Shown here: piece after piece, positions 1-9,213 of the stretch | Numbering within the stretch: the stretch's first letter is position 1 | Layout: every line of letters starts with the position of its first letter | Assembly (NCBI GenBank): GCA_964514995.1 | Contig: CAZETA010000002.1 | Span: 10,530 to 74,529, forward strand | Reading direction: 5' to 3' | DNA length: 64,000 nt | Origin: an uncultured Gammaproteobacteria bacterium | GTDB lineage: Bacteria; Patescibacteriota; Patescibacteriia; Magasanikbacterales; GWA2-37-8 | The notes under the pieces: generated by a model | What the model was told of the DNA's origin: nothing | Database searches by the model: none | Seen by the model: only the letters and a program-made list of their open reading frames with translations | Program-made: the position numbers and the translations under genes

Positions 1-1
1 G

Positions 2-1204
2 TTGCCGGCATACCTTGTTCGTTTTGAACTTGCCCACATCGGTAAATATCCATTTCCTTCAACTTTGTTAGAAGTAACTGTTGGATTGTTATTTTTGGTG
101 TGGTTGAGTAAGTATGCACGAGAGGATTGGGAAAGAATTAGGGCTACTATACAAAGTCATGGGCTATTTTTTGTCGGGTTAGCCGCATTTTTTTTAGCAT
201 CTGTTATCAGTATCTTTGTCAGTGACATGGTATTTTACTCGCTCGGGGAGTGGCGGGCATATTTTCTGGAGCCGATGATTTTCTTTTTGATTCTTTTGGG
301 ACGAAAGGATGTTTTAAAAACTATAGATTTGCTCTGGGCATTAATTTTTTCGACAGTGAGTATTAGTGCGTACTCAGTGTTCCAAGAATTTGCTGGCTGG
401 GGGATTGCCACACCTGAATGGACAAATGCTGCTACCCGCCGCGTCACGGCTTTTTTTACTTCGCCCAATGCAGTTGGATTGTATCTGGCGCCCATTTTGC
501 CGATTATGTGTGCTGTAATTCTAAAACAGTGGGAGCCTTTAAAGAAATTGAATATCAAAACAATCGGATTATTAGGCGTGTCCTTTCTAGCTGTGTTAGC
601 TCTATTATTTACTAAATCACAAGGTGCGTGGATTGGTTTGGGTGCGGGCATACTTGTGTTTTTATTTTTTTTGGGATTTAGAAATATTACCATTGGTTTG
701 GCAGTGGCTGGAATTGTCATGGCGTTGGCAATGCCGTCTATACGCCAAGCTTTATTATTTCAAGATCAAGCCGGTAAAAACCGTCTAACATTATGGAGCT
801 ATTCCTGGACTTTTTTGAAACAAAATCCGAAGAATTTTATATTAGGCACAGGTGTGCGCCAGTTTTTCAGAAAAATCCAGAAACCATACTATGATAAAAA
901 GGTAATGGAACGGCTAATCTATCCTCATAATATTTTCTTGAATTTCTGGACAGAAATTGGTTTGGTAGGTGCGTTGGCGGCGACTTCTATCATTGGCTAT
1001 GCAGTGTATTTAGCCAACAAAATCAGAAAACTTAATAAAATATTAGGCGCTGGATTTATGGGAGCGTTGACGGCGCTAGTCGTACATGGGCTTGTGGATG
1101 TGCCGTATTTTAAGAACGATCTGGCATTTTTATTTTGGATTTTAATTGCCAGTATAATCATTGCCTATGCGTATTTATATAAAAACCAAACCAGCGGCGC
1201 ATGA
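2..1204 (+). CDS. O-antigen ligase (Wzy_C/WaaL-like) family membrane protein, 5'-partial
   Basis: Multi-TM protein with R..A.F.SPN, T.SQGAW and YPHNIFLNFWTEIG motifs; open at the window edge. Confidence 0.85.
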   Translation: MPAYLVRFELAHIGKYPFPSTLLEVTVGLLFLVWLSKYAREDWERIRATIQSHGLFFVGLAAFFLASVISIFVSDMVFYSLGEWRAYFLEPMIFFLILLGRKDVLKTIDLLWALIFSTVSISAYSVFQEFAGWGIATPEWTNAATRRVTAFFTSPNAVGLYLAPILPIMCAVILKQWEPLKKLNIKTIGLLGVSFLAVLALLFTKSQGAWIGLGAGILVFLFFLGFRNITIGLAVAGIVMALAMPSIRQALLFQDQAGKNRLTLWSYSWTFLKQNPKNFILGTGVRQFFRKIQKPYYDKKVMERLIYPHNIFLNFWTEIGLVGALAATSIIGYAVYLANKIRKLNKILGAGFMGALTALVVHGLVDVPYFKNDLAFLFWILIASIIIAYAYLYKNQTSGA

Positions 1205-1385
1205 GAATAAGGTAGAAAAGAACGACGAAACACATTTTACAGTTTGGGTGAAAGAACCGCCGCAGAATGGATTAGCAAACAGGGGAGTGATAAGAAATCT
1301 GGCAGAATATTTTGATGTGCCGCAGTCTACAGTTGTAATTAAAACAGGGTTTACTAGCAAGAGTAAAATTATTGAAATTACATAA
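1161..1385 (+). CDS. DUF167/YggU family protein
   Basis: Small protein with KP.A, V..PP..G.AN and G.TSK.K motifs. Confidence 0.85.
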   Translation: MPMRIYIKTKPAAHENKVEKNDETHFTVWVKEPPQNGLANRGVIRNLAEYFDVPQSTVVIKTGFTSKSKIIEIT

Positions 1386-1393
1386 CTTTGCCA

Positions 1394-1480
1394 ATACTTT
1401 TTGTCACCAAAAAGTATCAAAAAGTGTTGGGGCCGCAGAACTCCCCGCCTCGGCGGGTCAAACAGCTGTCGCCCCAAACC
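1394..1480 (+). repeat. Dispersed REP-like palindromic element, copy 1
   Basis: ATACTTTTTGTCACCAAAAAGT...GTTGGGGCCGCAGAACTC...TCAAACAGCTG.CGCCC.AAACC recurs at 31221-31319. Confidence 0.8.
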
Positions 1481-1519
1481 TCGAGATGTAAAATAAGTTG
1501 TTTTAAAAATTATTACAGT

Positions 1520-2662
1520 ATGTCAGATGTCTATAAAGATTCCTTAAAACTCCATAAAAAGATTCGTGGAAAACTGGGAGTAGTGAGTAAGATAAAAATA
1601 AAGAATAAAAAAGATTTGTCCTTGGCATATACTCCTGGCGTGGCTGAGGTATGTCGGGTAATCGGAAGAGACAAAAAAATGGCGCGTGAATATACGCTCA
1701 AGAGAAATACGATCGCGGTTGTTTCCGATGGGTCGGCTATTTTGGGCCTGGGCAATCTCGGGCCGGAAGCAGCAATTCCGGTTATGGAGGGCAAGGCAGT
1801 CTTATTCAAGGAATTATCCGACTTGGACGCTTTTCCGATTTGTCTTGATACTCAAGATGCAGAAGAAATTATAAAAGCTGTAAAGTACTTAGCGCCCGTG
1901 TTTGGCGGTATAAATTTGGAAGACATTTCTGCGCCTCGTTGTTTTGAGATTGAAGAGAGGTTAAAAAAAGAATTAAGCATTCCGGTCATGCATGATGATC
2001 AGCATGGTACGGCCGTGGTGGTTTTGGCAGCGATGATTAACGCCATGAAACTCAAAAAAATGGATAAGACCAAAGCAAAGATTGTAATTAGTGGCGCCGG
2101 AGCAGCCGGAACGGCGATAACAAAACTATTGTTGTTATACGGATTTACCAACATAGCTGTCTGTGATTCAAAAGGACTTTTGCATGAGGGGAGGACTGAT
2201 CTTAATGCTGCTAAGAGGGAATTAGCGCAAATCACTCGTCAAGAAAAACAGACTGATAAAAGTTTAAAAGAATCCTTAATGAATGCGGATGTGTTTATTG
2301 GTGTGAGCGGCCCTAATATTATTGGCGCAGAAGAGGTGGTGAGCATGAATAAAAAGCCGGTTCTATTTGCGTGCGCCAATCCTGTGCCAGAGATTATGCC
2401 TGACGTTGCCAAAGCTGGTGGCGCCTATATTGTAGCTACTGGTCGTTCTGATTTTCCTAACCAGCTTAATAATTTATTAGTGTTCCCCGGCGTTTTTAGA
2501 GGCGCGCTTGATAATAATGTAACTCAGATTACCGATAGTATGTTAATCAAAGCCGCCGAGAACTTGGCTCGGTATGTAAGAAAATTGAGCCCTGAAAATA
2601 TTTTGCCAAATCCATTGGATAGAGGTGTGGTCAGGGTGGTGGCACGGGCAATCAGAGGTTAG
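1520..2662 (+). CDS. NAD(P)-dependent malic enzyme
   Basis: SLAYTPGV, MEGKA, NLEDI, HDDQHGT, GAGAAG and TGRSDFPNQ motifs; start moved to ATG 1520 because the upstream TTG extension runs through the repeat. Confidence 0.95.
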   Translation: MSDVYKDSLKLHKKIRGKLGVVSKIKIKNKKDLSLAYTPGVAEVCRVIGRDKKMAREYTLKRNTIAVVSDGSAILGLGNLGPEAAIPVMEGKAVLFKELSDLDAFPICLDTQDAEEIIKAVKYLAPVFGGINLEDISAPRCFEIEERLKKELSIPVMHDDQHGTAVVVLAAMINAMKLKKMDKTKAKIVISGAGAAGTAITKLLLLYGFTNIAVCDSKGLLHEGRTDLNAAKRELAQITRQEKQTDKSLKESLMNADVFIGVSGPNIIGAEEVVSMNKKPVLFACANPVPEIMPDVAKAGGAYIVATGRSDFPNQLNNLLVFPGVFRGALDNNVTQITDSMLIKAAENLARYVRKLSPENILPNPLDRGVVRVVARAIRG

Positions 2663-2667
2663 ACAAA

Positions 2668-2698
2668 TAAAAAATCGATGTAGTCATCGATTTTTTTT
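2668..2698. terminator. Bidirectional intrinsic terminator
   Basis: A-tract ATCGATG...CATCGAT T-tract between convergent genes. Confidence 0.7.
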
Positions 2699-2717
2699 GG
2701 CCGATCTCTTTTAAGGA

Positions 2718-3197
2718 CTAATTGGATGGTGGAGGCAGTGTTGTTGATTTCTGTTTCTTCCAAAATATTAAGCTCAAAATAAATAAAGTTGTAGAGGTCG
2801 CGGCTGAACCCATGCAATAGAGGCAAATAGATTTAAGTATAAACAGTTGGATATAGACAAAACCAAGTGAAGCTAAAAAACCAAGCGTAGTTATACAAGC
2901 AACGAGTTTCAGAACCGTTACTTTTTTTGTTTCAAGATAGACTGCGCTCAAAATCATTACAGTTAGATAGAATAATGCGCCAAACAGAGCGGTGGGTATG
3001 CCGTAAAGGACGGAGTATTTACTAGTGAGCACAATTTCACAGCCGTGCAAAATAGAGCAGGGAACCGGAGTTCCTAAAAAATGTTTAATCGACAAGTAGG
3101 TTGCGTCGGCAAAACCAAGGGCGCTGATAATAAGAAAGGCAACAGGTAGCCAATTAGGAATTGTTTGCTTGTTGGATAATTCCACGGAATTGTTCAT
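2718..3197 (-). CDS. Vitamin K epoxide reductase (VKOR) family protein
   Basis: C-x5-C..VL.S.YS loop and CLYC redox motif, four TM helices; follows DsbA. Confidence 0.92.
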   Translation of the reverse strand: MNNSVELSNKQTIPNWLPVAFLIISALGFADATYLSIKHFLGTPVPCSILHGCEIVLTSKYSVLYGIPTALFGALFYLTVMILSAVYLETKKVTVLKLVACITTLGFLASLGFVYIQLFILKSICLYCMGSAATSTTLFILSLIFWKKQKSTTLPPPSN

Positions 3198-3918
3198 AGC
3201 TTTGAGGGTTTTGAATTTTTTGATTATTTAAGAAGAAGGTGGGAGTTCCGTCTATCTGAGCGGTACCACTTTGGACATCGGCTTCAATGTTGTTTTTTAC
3301 CTCGCTTGAGTCGAAGTCGGCTTTAAATTTTTCTAAATTTAAACCCAATTTTTCCGCATAGGTATTAAAAATATCTTTAGCATTCTTTTCTTCAGACCAG
3401 AATCTTTGGCCGTCAAACAGCAAGTCGTGCATTTCCCAAAATTTACCCTGCATTCCCGCCGCCTCTGCGGCCTGGGCTGCGATTCTGGCATTACCATGTT
3501 GCTGTAAAGGGAAGTGTCTGTACACAACTGCTAAGTTTGGAAAGTCCTTAACGAGTTGCTTGACCAGCGGATAGTAGGCGCCGCAAGCAGGGCATTGAAA
3601 ATCACTGTATTCAATCAGGGTAACTTGGGATTTTGTATCTCCAACTTGTTGGCCGCCGTCCTGTAAAGGCGCGCCTTTTATCCAGTCCGTTTCATCAGCT
3701 GCCCGAACACTGCCGCCAACAAAGTTTGTGCCAGGGTTTTTTGAGGCCATGGCTACCATGATGGCAATGGTACCTCCGACAAAAATAGTAATAAAAGACC
3801 ACAACAAGACTGAAGTCAGCCGTTTTTTCCGCTGCTCAGCCAGTTGTCTGTTTATTTTCTCTTCCTTTTTTAATTCCTGCCGTTCTTTTTTGCTTAAGTC
3901 TTGAGTGTTATCTTCCAT
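3154..3918 (-). CDS. DsbA-family thiol-disulfide oxidoreductase, membrane anchored
   Basis: EYSDFQCPAC, RHFPL, FWEMHD and GTPTFF motifs. Confidence 0.92.
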   Translation of the reverse strand: MEDNTQDLSKKERQELKKEEKINRQLAEQRKKRLTSVLLWSFITIFVGGTIAIMVAMASKNPGTNFVGGSVRAADETDWIKGAPLQDGGQQVGDTKSQVTLIEYSDFQCPACGAYYPLVKQLVKDFPNLAVVYRHFPLQQHGNARIAAQAAEAAGMQGKFWEMHDLLFDGQRFWSEEKNAKDIFNTYAEKLGLNLEKFKADFDSSEVKNNIEADVQSGTAQIDGTPTFFLNNQKIQNPQSYEQFRGIIQQANNS

Positions 3919-3976
3919 ATTTTGGGTGTTATTACTAAATAATACGGTTATTATATTTCATGGCCAGCTTTACGTC

Positions 3977-3993
3977 AACTACACAGTATAGTA
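3977..3993. promoter_or_regulatory. Palindromic operator (AACTAC-N5-ATAGTA) touching the -35 of the dsbA promoter (TTGACG-N17-TATAAT, minus strand)
   Basis: Variant of the TACTAC-N5-GTAGTA motif seen at three other promoters. Confidence 0.55.
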
Positions 3994-3998
3994 GGTGT

Positions 3999-4721
3999 TT
4001 ATCTGTTGTATTTTTTTGGTGAAACTTTGGAGAAAAACGGTAGATACATGTCTTTGCTCGTTTCAATAAGCAATTCTCGGTGATTTATTTTTTCACAAAA
4101 TTCTACTGGCGCATTCGTGATTATTGCTAAGGGTTGTTGTTCTCGGCCCTCGCCCATTGTTAATACTCCGGCAGTAGCCAGACAGTCGGCGATATTCGTG
4201 GTAGAGAAAACAAATTTTTTGCCAAACAGATCGGGAGTGCCGATATAATTTTTAAGCCCCCGAAAACCTGCGTATCCTAGGGTCACGCCAGTCACGCCGG
4301 CGCGCAGCGGCATTACACGGCTGTCGGTAATTAACACGCCAAGATTTTTGATCTTAAATTTTTTTTGTAGCTGGGTGCGCAGATATGCAGCGGTTTTGAA
4401 ACTATCCTTGGGCAATAAGATTAATTTTCCGTTGGCGTTTGATTCGTCGATGCCGGCAGAAGCCATAATCATACCATCCTTTATAGTCATCCAGACATGG
4501 GGAGTGTTGGTGGGCACGGCCATTTGACTCTCGGCGCGGATTAGCGCTTCTCTTTCTTTTTCATTCTTAATAATCGCAGTCCGTTTTTCTGAGAGGGCGA
4601 CAACTTTTGAAGTGACAACCAGGACTGATTTTTCAGGCAACTTTTTGATATATTGGTTTATAAAATTAAAAAGATTTTCTCCTTCTCGGAATATTCTTGT
4701 CTTAATAGGTCTGACTAGCAT
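3999..4721 (-). CDS. CofE-like gamma-glutamate ligase (possible FolC2-type folylpolyglutamate ligase)
   Basis: TSKVV, AGIDESN, GV.ITDS, Y.G.PDLFG and MGEG.E..P motifs. Confidence 0.85.
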   Translation of the reverse strand: MLVRPIKTRIFREGENLFNFINQYIKKLPEKSVLVVTSKVVALSEKRTAIIKNEKEREALIRAESQMAVPTNTPHVWMTIKDGMIMASAGIDESNANGKLILLPKDSFKTAAYLRTQLQKKFKIKNLGVLITDSRVMPLRAGVTGVTLGYAGFRGLKNYIGTPDLFGKKFVFSTTNIADCLATAGVLTMGEGREQQPLAIITNAPVEFCEKINHRELLIETSKDMYLPFFSKVSPKKYNR

Positions 4722-4722
4722 A

Positions 4723-5253
4723 TCACTTCTTAATTTTATAATGAATCAGGATTGTGTCTCGTTTGTTTATTTTTTTAATGGATATTAGTTTTACTTTGCT
4801 TGTTGCAGTTCCGCCAATAAACATATCTTTTCCGCGTCCAAAAATCAATGGCTCAATACTAATAAACACTTCGTCCAGCAGTTCATTTTCTAGCATATAT
4901 CTGTATACTGATCCGCCGCCTAGCACAGCCACGGTTTTGTATGTACCTAGAATTGGTTGGAGGTCTATTGTTGCAGGGTTTACAAACGTAACCGAACCAC
5001 GTTTTTGAATGTTCTTAATTCGACTGGACAGGACAAATGTATTGCGCTGGCGCAGTCGAGCGGCCGCGGCCGTATAGGTATTTCGTCCGACAACGACGGC
5101 TTCCGTCTCGGCTAGGGATTTTTGCAAGAATTGCCAGTCTTCGGGGCTGGTCCAGTCAGGCATCTTTTTCGTAGTCAGAGAAATTTTTCCGTCCACGCTG
5201 GCGGCTATGAAGGCGGTATATTTTGTTTTAGACTGCGGTTGTTTGGTTTTCAT
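4723..5253 (-). CDS. RibD C-terminal / dihydrofolate-reductase-fold protein
   Basis: A.SVDGKI, VGRNTY, LGGG.V, LLDE and P.IFG.G motifs. Confidence 0.85.
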   Translation of the reverse strand: MKTKQPQSKTKYTAFIAASVDGKISLTTKKMPDWTSPEDWQFLQKSLAETEAVVVGRNTYTAAAARLRQRNTFVLSSRIKNIQKRGSVTFVNPATIDLQPILGTYKTVAVLGGGSVYRYMLENELLDEVFISIEPLIFGRGKDMFIGGTATSKVKLISIKKINKRDTILIHYKIKK

Positions 5254-5887
5254 TTCGTTCCTTTAGAAGATAAATACCCACATATGAAAGCGGTGTATAT
5301 AACGCCCCCATTGCCACCTTGTATAGCCACCAGGCAATGATGATACTTACCAGGGTATTAGTCGGGTACACACCGACAAAAGCGATGATCATAAAGATGA
5401 CTGTGTCTAAAAATTGTGACCAGATATTAGATAGAGTTGATCGTAGCCAGAATTTTTTTTCACCAAATTTGCTACGGAAGAAGAAAAATGACAACACATC
5501 TTGATATTCGGCGATTAAGAAGGCGACAAGCGAGGCGATGGCAATGCGTACGGATACCCCAAATACATCATTATATCCTGCTCGCACCCACTCGCTTTTT
5601 GGTGACCAAGGCATGGCCAGCGATATTAAGGAATAGGCGATAAAGAGAGCTGTGGCAACAAAACCGGCGAGGACAAAAAATTTAGCCATTCGTTTGCCGT
5701 AGACCTCACCGACGACATCAGTCATCAAGAAAACAAAAGGAAAGTAGAAGACTGATACCGATAAGTTCGTGCCAAAAACAAAAGGCATTAGTTTGAGCCC
5801 CAGGGTATTAGCCGCGAACAGGGATACGAGGTAAATTCCTAGAGCGATAATTAGTTTTTTAAATGATTTTTCGCTGAGTTGAATCAT
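5228..5887 (-). CDS. YhhQ/VUT-family (queuosine precursor-type) transporter
   Basis: FPFVFLMTDVVGEVYG, R...AS..AF and RST.SN..SQ..DT motifs; start set at ATG 5887. Confidence 0.88.
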   Translation of the reverse strand: MIQLSEKSFKKLIIALGIYLVSLFAANTLGLKLMPFVFGTNLSVSVFYFPFVFLMTDVVGEVYGKRMAKFFVLAGFVATALFIAYSLISLAMPWSPKSEWVRAGYNDVFGVSVRIAIASLVAFLIAEYQDVLSFFFFRSKFGEKKFWLRSTLSNIWSQFLDTVIFMIIAFVGVYPTNTLVSIIIAWWLYKVAMGALYTPLSYVGIYLLKERNENQTTAV

Positions 5888-5916
5888 AGAGAAACTTAAA
5901 TAAGTAAATGAGAAAT

Positions 5917-6031
5917 AAAAAACCGCCGATAGGGCGGGCACAGCAAACACAAAAAAGAAGCCCGTCTATCGCAGAGAGGAAATACGGCCAGTGAAGCTGG
6001 ACCAGGTGGTTGTGTGTTTATTATTTAACAT
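5917..6031 (-). promoter_or_regulatory. Putative leader-peptide transcription attenuator
   Basis: 21-aa uORF 6031-5966; terminator CCGCC-N5-GGCGG-U6 (5937-5917) overlaps an alternative helix that includes the uORF stop codon. Confidence 0.6.
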
Positions 6032-6132
6032 AGGTTTTCATAGGTTTTTATGCTTGGAGGCATTATAGCAGGAGGTATGGATTTGGCAAGAGGTTATTTT
6101 TAGAAATAGACATCTTGGTTCTATTAACAACA

Positions 6133-6160
6133 AAAAACCATCCTTTTTCTAGGATGGTCT
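6133..6160 (-). terminator. Intrinsic terminator, probably the original tRNA-operon terminator displaced by the insertion
   Basis: ACCATCCT...AGGATGGT + T-tract on the minus strand, a few bases left of the left att core. Confidence 0.7.
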
Positions 6161-6167
6161 CTGTTAG

Positions 6168-6212
6168 TCGGGATTGTGGGACGAAGTTGGAACATATTTA
6201 TTCCAACATTAA
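6168..6212 (+). other. Detached C-terminal coding segment of the serine recombinase (SG-LWDEVGTYLFQH*)
   Basis: In frame with the recombinase end ...FAELSG when the two GTCGGG cores are joined. Confidence 0.7.
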
Positions 6213-6414
6213 TCTGTGTCAGATACTATACCAGCGCATTAAATTTTTGTAAACAAAAAGACCTCCGTAATATTTACAAAGGCCTTTATGTTGAATTTAT
6301 CAAGGCTACTCTCGTTATGGCTTTAGATAGCTAAAACGATAACGAGATGGAATAGCCTTGATGAGCGCAACCCCAGAGCTCGCCAGCCGAAGCCGGAAGA
6401 TCGGGGTCGCCCGC

Positions 6415-6873
6415 CTAGAACAGGTCGAGGTCGCCGAGCTCGAGCACCCGGACCTGCGCGGGCTTCTCGCGGACGAGGTACGCGTCGTAGTTGCGGACGC
6501 GGTTCTTGTCCTTGGAGAAGAGGGTCGCGAGGTGCCACGTCTCGTCGCCGATCTGGATCGAGCCGTCCTCGTTCACCTTGACCTCGGTGCCCTTCTTCTT
6601 GGCGTTGGTGAGCGACAGCCGCGGGCCGTCCTTGCAGACGATGCCCGAGATCTTCTCCGCCGGCATGACCACCTCGCCCTTGACGTTGACGTAGGTGAGG
6701 TTGGTCGGCACGGCGAACGCGAGGTCCGGCTCCGGCGTGATGATCGGCTCGCCGTACTGGCCGGGGCTGACCATGTAGTACTGCCGCTCGCCGTTCGGAC
6801 CCAGGTTCAGGATCTTGTACTCGCCGGTCGTCTCGTCGATCTCCACCGTCCACTGCTTGTTCGTCGCCTGCAT
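6415..6873 (-). CDS. GC-rich orphan protein (152 aa)
   Basis: GGAGG 6 nt before ATG 6873; by hand count 151 of 152 codons end in G/C, which identifies this as the real frame. Confidence 0.85.
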   Translation of the reverse strand: MQATNKQWTVEIDETTGEYKILNLGPNGERQYYMVSPGQYGEPIITPEPDLAFAVPTNLTYVNVKGEVVMPAEKISGIVCKDGPRLSLTNAKKKGTEVKVNEDGSIQIGDETWHLATLFSKDKNRVRNYDAYLVREKPAQVRVLELGDLDLF

Positions 6874-7035
6874 CGCAGACCTCCAGGATGCCCGAACTTG
6901 TCGGGCGTGTGGTGCCTTACCTAAACGGACCGCCCGTTTTTGGTTTGGCAGAGTTGCTACGCGTCCTCCTTGAAGGGCGCGCACGCCAGTATAATCGTAA
7001 AATTACCATTATACAGGCGTATAAGACAACAAAAT

Positions 7036-7064
7036 ACTATACTATAATTTATAGCTTTTGTCAA
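7036..7064 (-). promoter_or_regulatory. Sigma70 promoter for the GC-rich ORF
   Basis: TTGACA-N17-TATAGT. Confidence 0.7.
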
Positions 7065-7107
7065 TGAAAATGCTTGGAATTATTTTAAATACTTATTAAA
7101 GTAGCTA

Positions 7108-7136
7108 TTGACTTACAACTTATCATTTGCTATCAT
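7108..7136 (+). promoter_or_regulatory. Sigma70 promoter for the helicase operon
   Basis: TTGACT-N17-TATCAT with an extended TG. Confidence 0.65.
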
Positions 7137-7158
7137 TTAGTATTATAATCTAATTTCT

Positions 7159-9213
7159 ATGGAAGAAGACAATAATCTTAAAAAAGAATTTGGCAACTGG
7201 TTTTCAATTGAGGAGGCTTCGGACTACCTGGGCATGGGGAAAACCGTGTTATATACTCTTGCGCGCGAAGGGAAGATTCCTGCTAGTAAGGTTGGAAAAA
7301 AATGGTCCTTTGAGAAAGAGCAATTAAATACTTGGCTTCGTGCTAATCAACCGATGAATTCTTTTTTTACAAATTTGGACTATAAAATTGAGGACAATGA
7401 AGAGTTGCGCGACCCTCAACGTGAGGCCTATTTACGAGTTTATGACTTTTTTCAGTCAGGTAAAAATAAAGCAATACTGCAAATTCCGGTTGGGTGTGGT
7501 AAGTCAGGTTTAGCTTCTATTCTTCCTCTTGGTATCGCTAGAGGGCGCGTTTTAATTATTGCGCCAAATTTAACTATAAAGAAAAATCTTTATGATGCTA
7601 TGGATATAACAAATCGCCAAAAGTGTTTTTGGCGAAAAGCAAAAGTTTTAAGTAATGCACAAATGGTATCCGGCCCATTAGCCTGTACCCTAGAAACAGG
7701 TAATATTTCTGTGGCTGAAAAAGCACATATTGTTATTACAAATATACAGCAGCTTTCAACGAATGTAGATAAATGGTTAACCCAATTTCCAGACCGTTTT
7801 TTTGATATGATTATTATTGACGAGGCACATCACAGCGCAGCGGATAGTTGGAAAAAAGTACTGGATCGTTTCCCAGAGGCCAAAGTTATCCATATGACAG
7901 CTACGCCATTCCGTAGTGATCAGCAAGAAATAGATGGTGAACTCGTGTATCGCTATTCGTTTAAGAGTGCAACCCTTAAAGGATATATTAAAAGATTAAA
8001 GGCAAGTTATGTTGCGCCAAAAGAAATAGAGTTGTCCTTTACTGACGGTACGGGGAAAAGATATACACTTGAGGAAGTTCTTAAAATGAAAGAGGATGAT
8101 TGGTTTAGTAGAAATGTCGCACTGGCAAAACCTTGCAATCAGCACATTGTTGAGAGTAGTTTAGAAAAACTTGAGAATTTGCGACAGACGGGTACTCGCC
8201 ATCAGATAATTGCTGTAGCATGCAGTATAAATCATGCAAAAGATATTCGTGCTATTTATCGTGAGCGAGGATTTAATGCAGATATAATTCACAGTAAACA
8301 AGAGCAAAAGGAGCAAGAAGAGGTATTAAATAATCTTTATAACGGTACTTTAGATTGTATTATTCAGGTTCAAATGCTGGGCGAAGGCTTTGACCATCCT
8401 AAATTAAGTGTCGCAGCAATTTTCCGTCCTTTTCGTACTCTGGCACCCTATATTCAATTTGTAGGTCGGATCATGCGTGTAGTTGTACAGAATGATCCTG
8501 CTCATCCAGACAATTTAGGACATATTGTCACTCATCTTGGGATGAATCTTGACCAGCGTGTAAAAGAGTTTAAACAATTTGAAAATGACGACCAAGCTTT
8601 TTGGGAAAAAGTTGTTGGTGGTGCAGAACCAGAAGTTCCTCCGGCTGTACGTAATGGCTCAGGCCGACTCACCGTTTCTGAAAACGATGTTGTTGTTAAT
8701 GATGAAGTGGTAGATTCATTATGGGAAGAAGATTTTGCTGATATTGATGAGAAACACATTATTGACGATTTAAAAGACAGGTTAAAATTGTATGGGCTTG
8801 ATCCGGACAAAGCGGAAGAAATTATAAAAAGCGCAAAACGTGGCGGAATAACACGCAACGCGCCAACCGAAGCTTTTCCTGTTCAACCGCAAAAAGAATG
8901 GGAGGAATTAAAACGCCGTGTCAGTGATCAGAGTACTAGGATCGCAAAGATTCTATTAAATAATTTATCTCTAGATATAGGGGGGGCAGAGTTAGCATAT
9001 AAATACACTAGTCTTAAGGCTAGGGCCAAGAATAATTTAGTTTCCGCAATAATGCTAGTTAGTCATGAAATTAATTCACGTCTGGGCAAGGAAAGGTCAC
9101 AGTGTAGTAGTGAGGATTTTAAAAATATTTTGGAACCTAAAGTACTTGAGGATATTCTTCAAACTTTAGTCCGTCGTGTGCATAAAGCGAAAAGTGAATA
9201 TGAAAGAAAATAA
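7159..9213 (+). CDS. Excisionase-like HTH fused to an SF2 (ResIII/DEAH-type) helicase
   Basis: N-terminal SIEEASDYLG...LY......IPA.KVG..W.F; LRDPQRE, PVGCGKS, DEAHH, TATPFR, EGFDHP and IQFVGR.MR motifs. Confidence 0.9.
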   Translation: MEEDNNLKKEFGNWFSIEEASDYLGMGKTVLYTLAREGKIPASKVGKKWSFEKEQLNTWLRANQPMNSFFTNLDYKIEDNEELRDPQREAYLRVYDFFQSGKNKAILQIPVGCGKSGLASILPLGIARGRVLIIAPNLTIKKNLYDAMDITNRQKCFWRKAKVLSNAQMVSGPLACTLETGNISVAEKAHIVITNIQQLSTNVDKWLTQFPDRFFDMIIIDEAHHSAADSWKKVLDRFPEAKVIHMTATPFRSDQQEIDGELVYRYSFKSATLKGYIKRLKASYVAPKEIELSFTDGTGKRYTLEEVLKMKEDDWFSRNVALAKPCNQHIVESSLEKLENLRQTGTRHQIIAVACSINHAKDIRAIYRERGFNADIIHSKQEQKEQEEVLNNLYNGTLDCIIQVQMLGEGFDHPKLSVAAIFRPFRTLAPYIQFVGRIMRVVVQNDPAHPDNLGHIVTHLGMNLDQRVKEFKQFENDDQAFWEKVVGGAEPEVPPAVRNGSGRLTVSENDVVVNDEVVDSLWEEDFADIDEKHIIDDLKDRLKLYGLDPDKAEEIIKSAKRGGITRNAPTEAFPVQPQKEWEELKRRVSDQSTRIAKILLNNLSLDIGGAELAYKYTSLKARAKNNLVSAIMLVSHEINSRLGKERSQCSSEDFKNILEPKVLEDILQTLVRRVHKAKSEYERK

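Noticed and set aside
1388-1519. N-terminal extensions of malic enzyme (from 1388) and RuvC (from 31291)
   Set aside because: They are translations of the intergenic repeat from TTG/GTG starts; family similarity starts at the downstream ATGs
3630-3680. GAPLQDGGQQVG segment in DsbA as a repeat insertion
   Set aside because: GC-rich but no convincing palindrome or second copy in the window
5888-6060. preQ1 riboswitch before the YhhQ gene
   Set aside because: No preQ1-I hairpin with a 3' A-rich tail recognised; attenuator geometry fits better (Infernal not run)
6323-6924. ORFs 6323..6853(-), 6358..6924(+) and 6491..6694(+)
   Set aside because: Shadow frames of the high-GC3 gene; only 6873-6415 has both an SD and third-position bias
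7042-7054. Fifth copy of the redox operator (CTATA-N3-TATAG)
   Set aside because: Weak match in very AT-rich promoter DNA; likely chance
7159-9213. Type III restriction-modification system
   Set aside because: No adjacent methyltransferase and no recognisable nuclease motif
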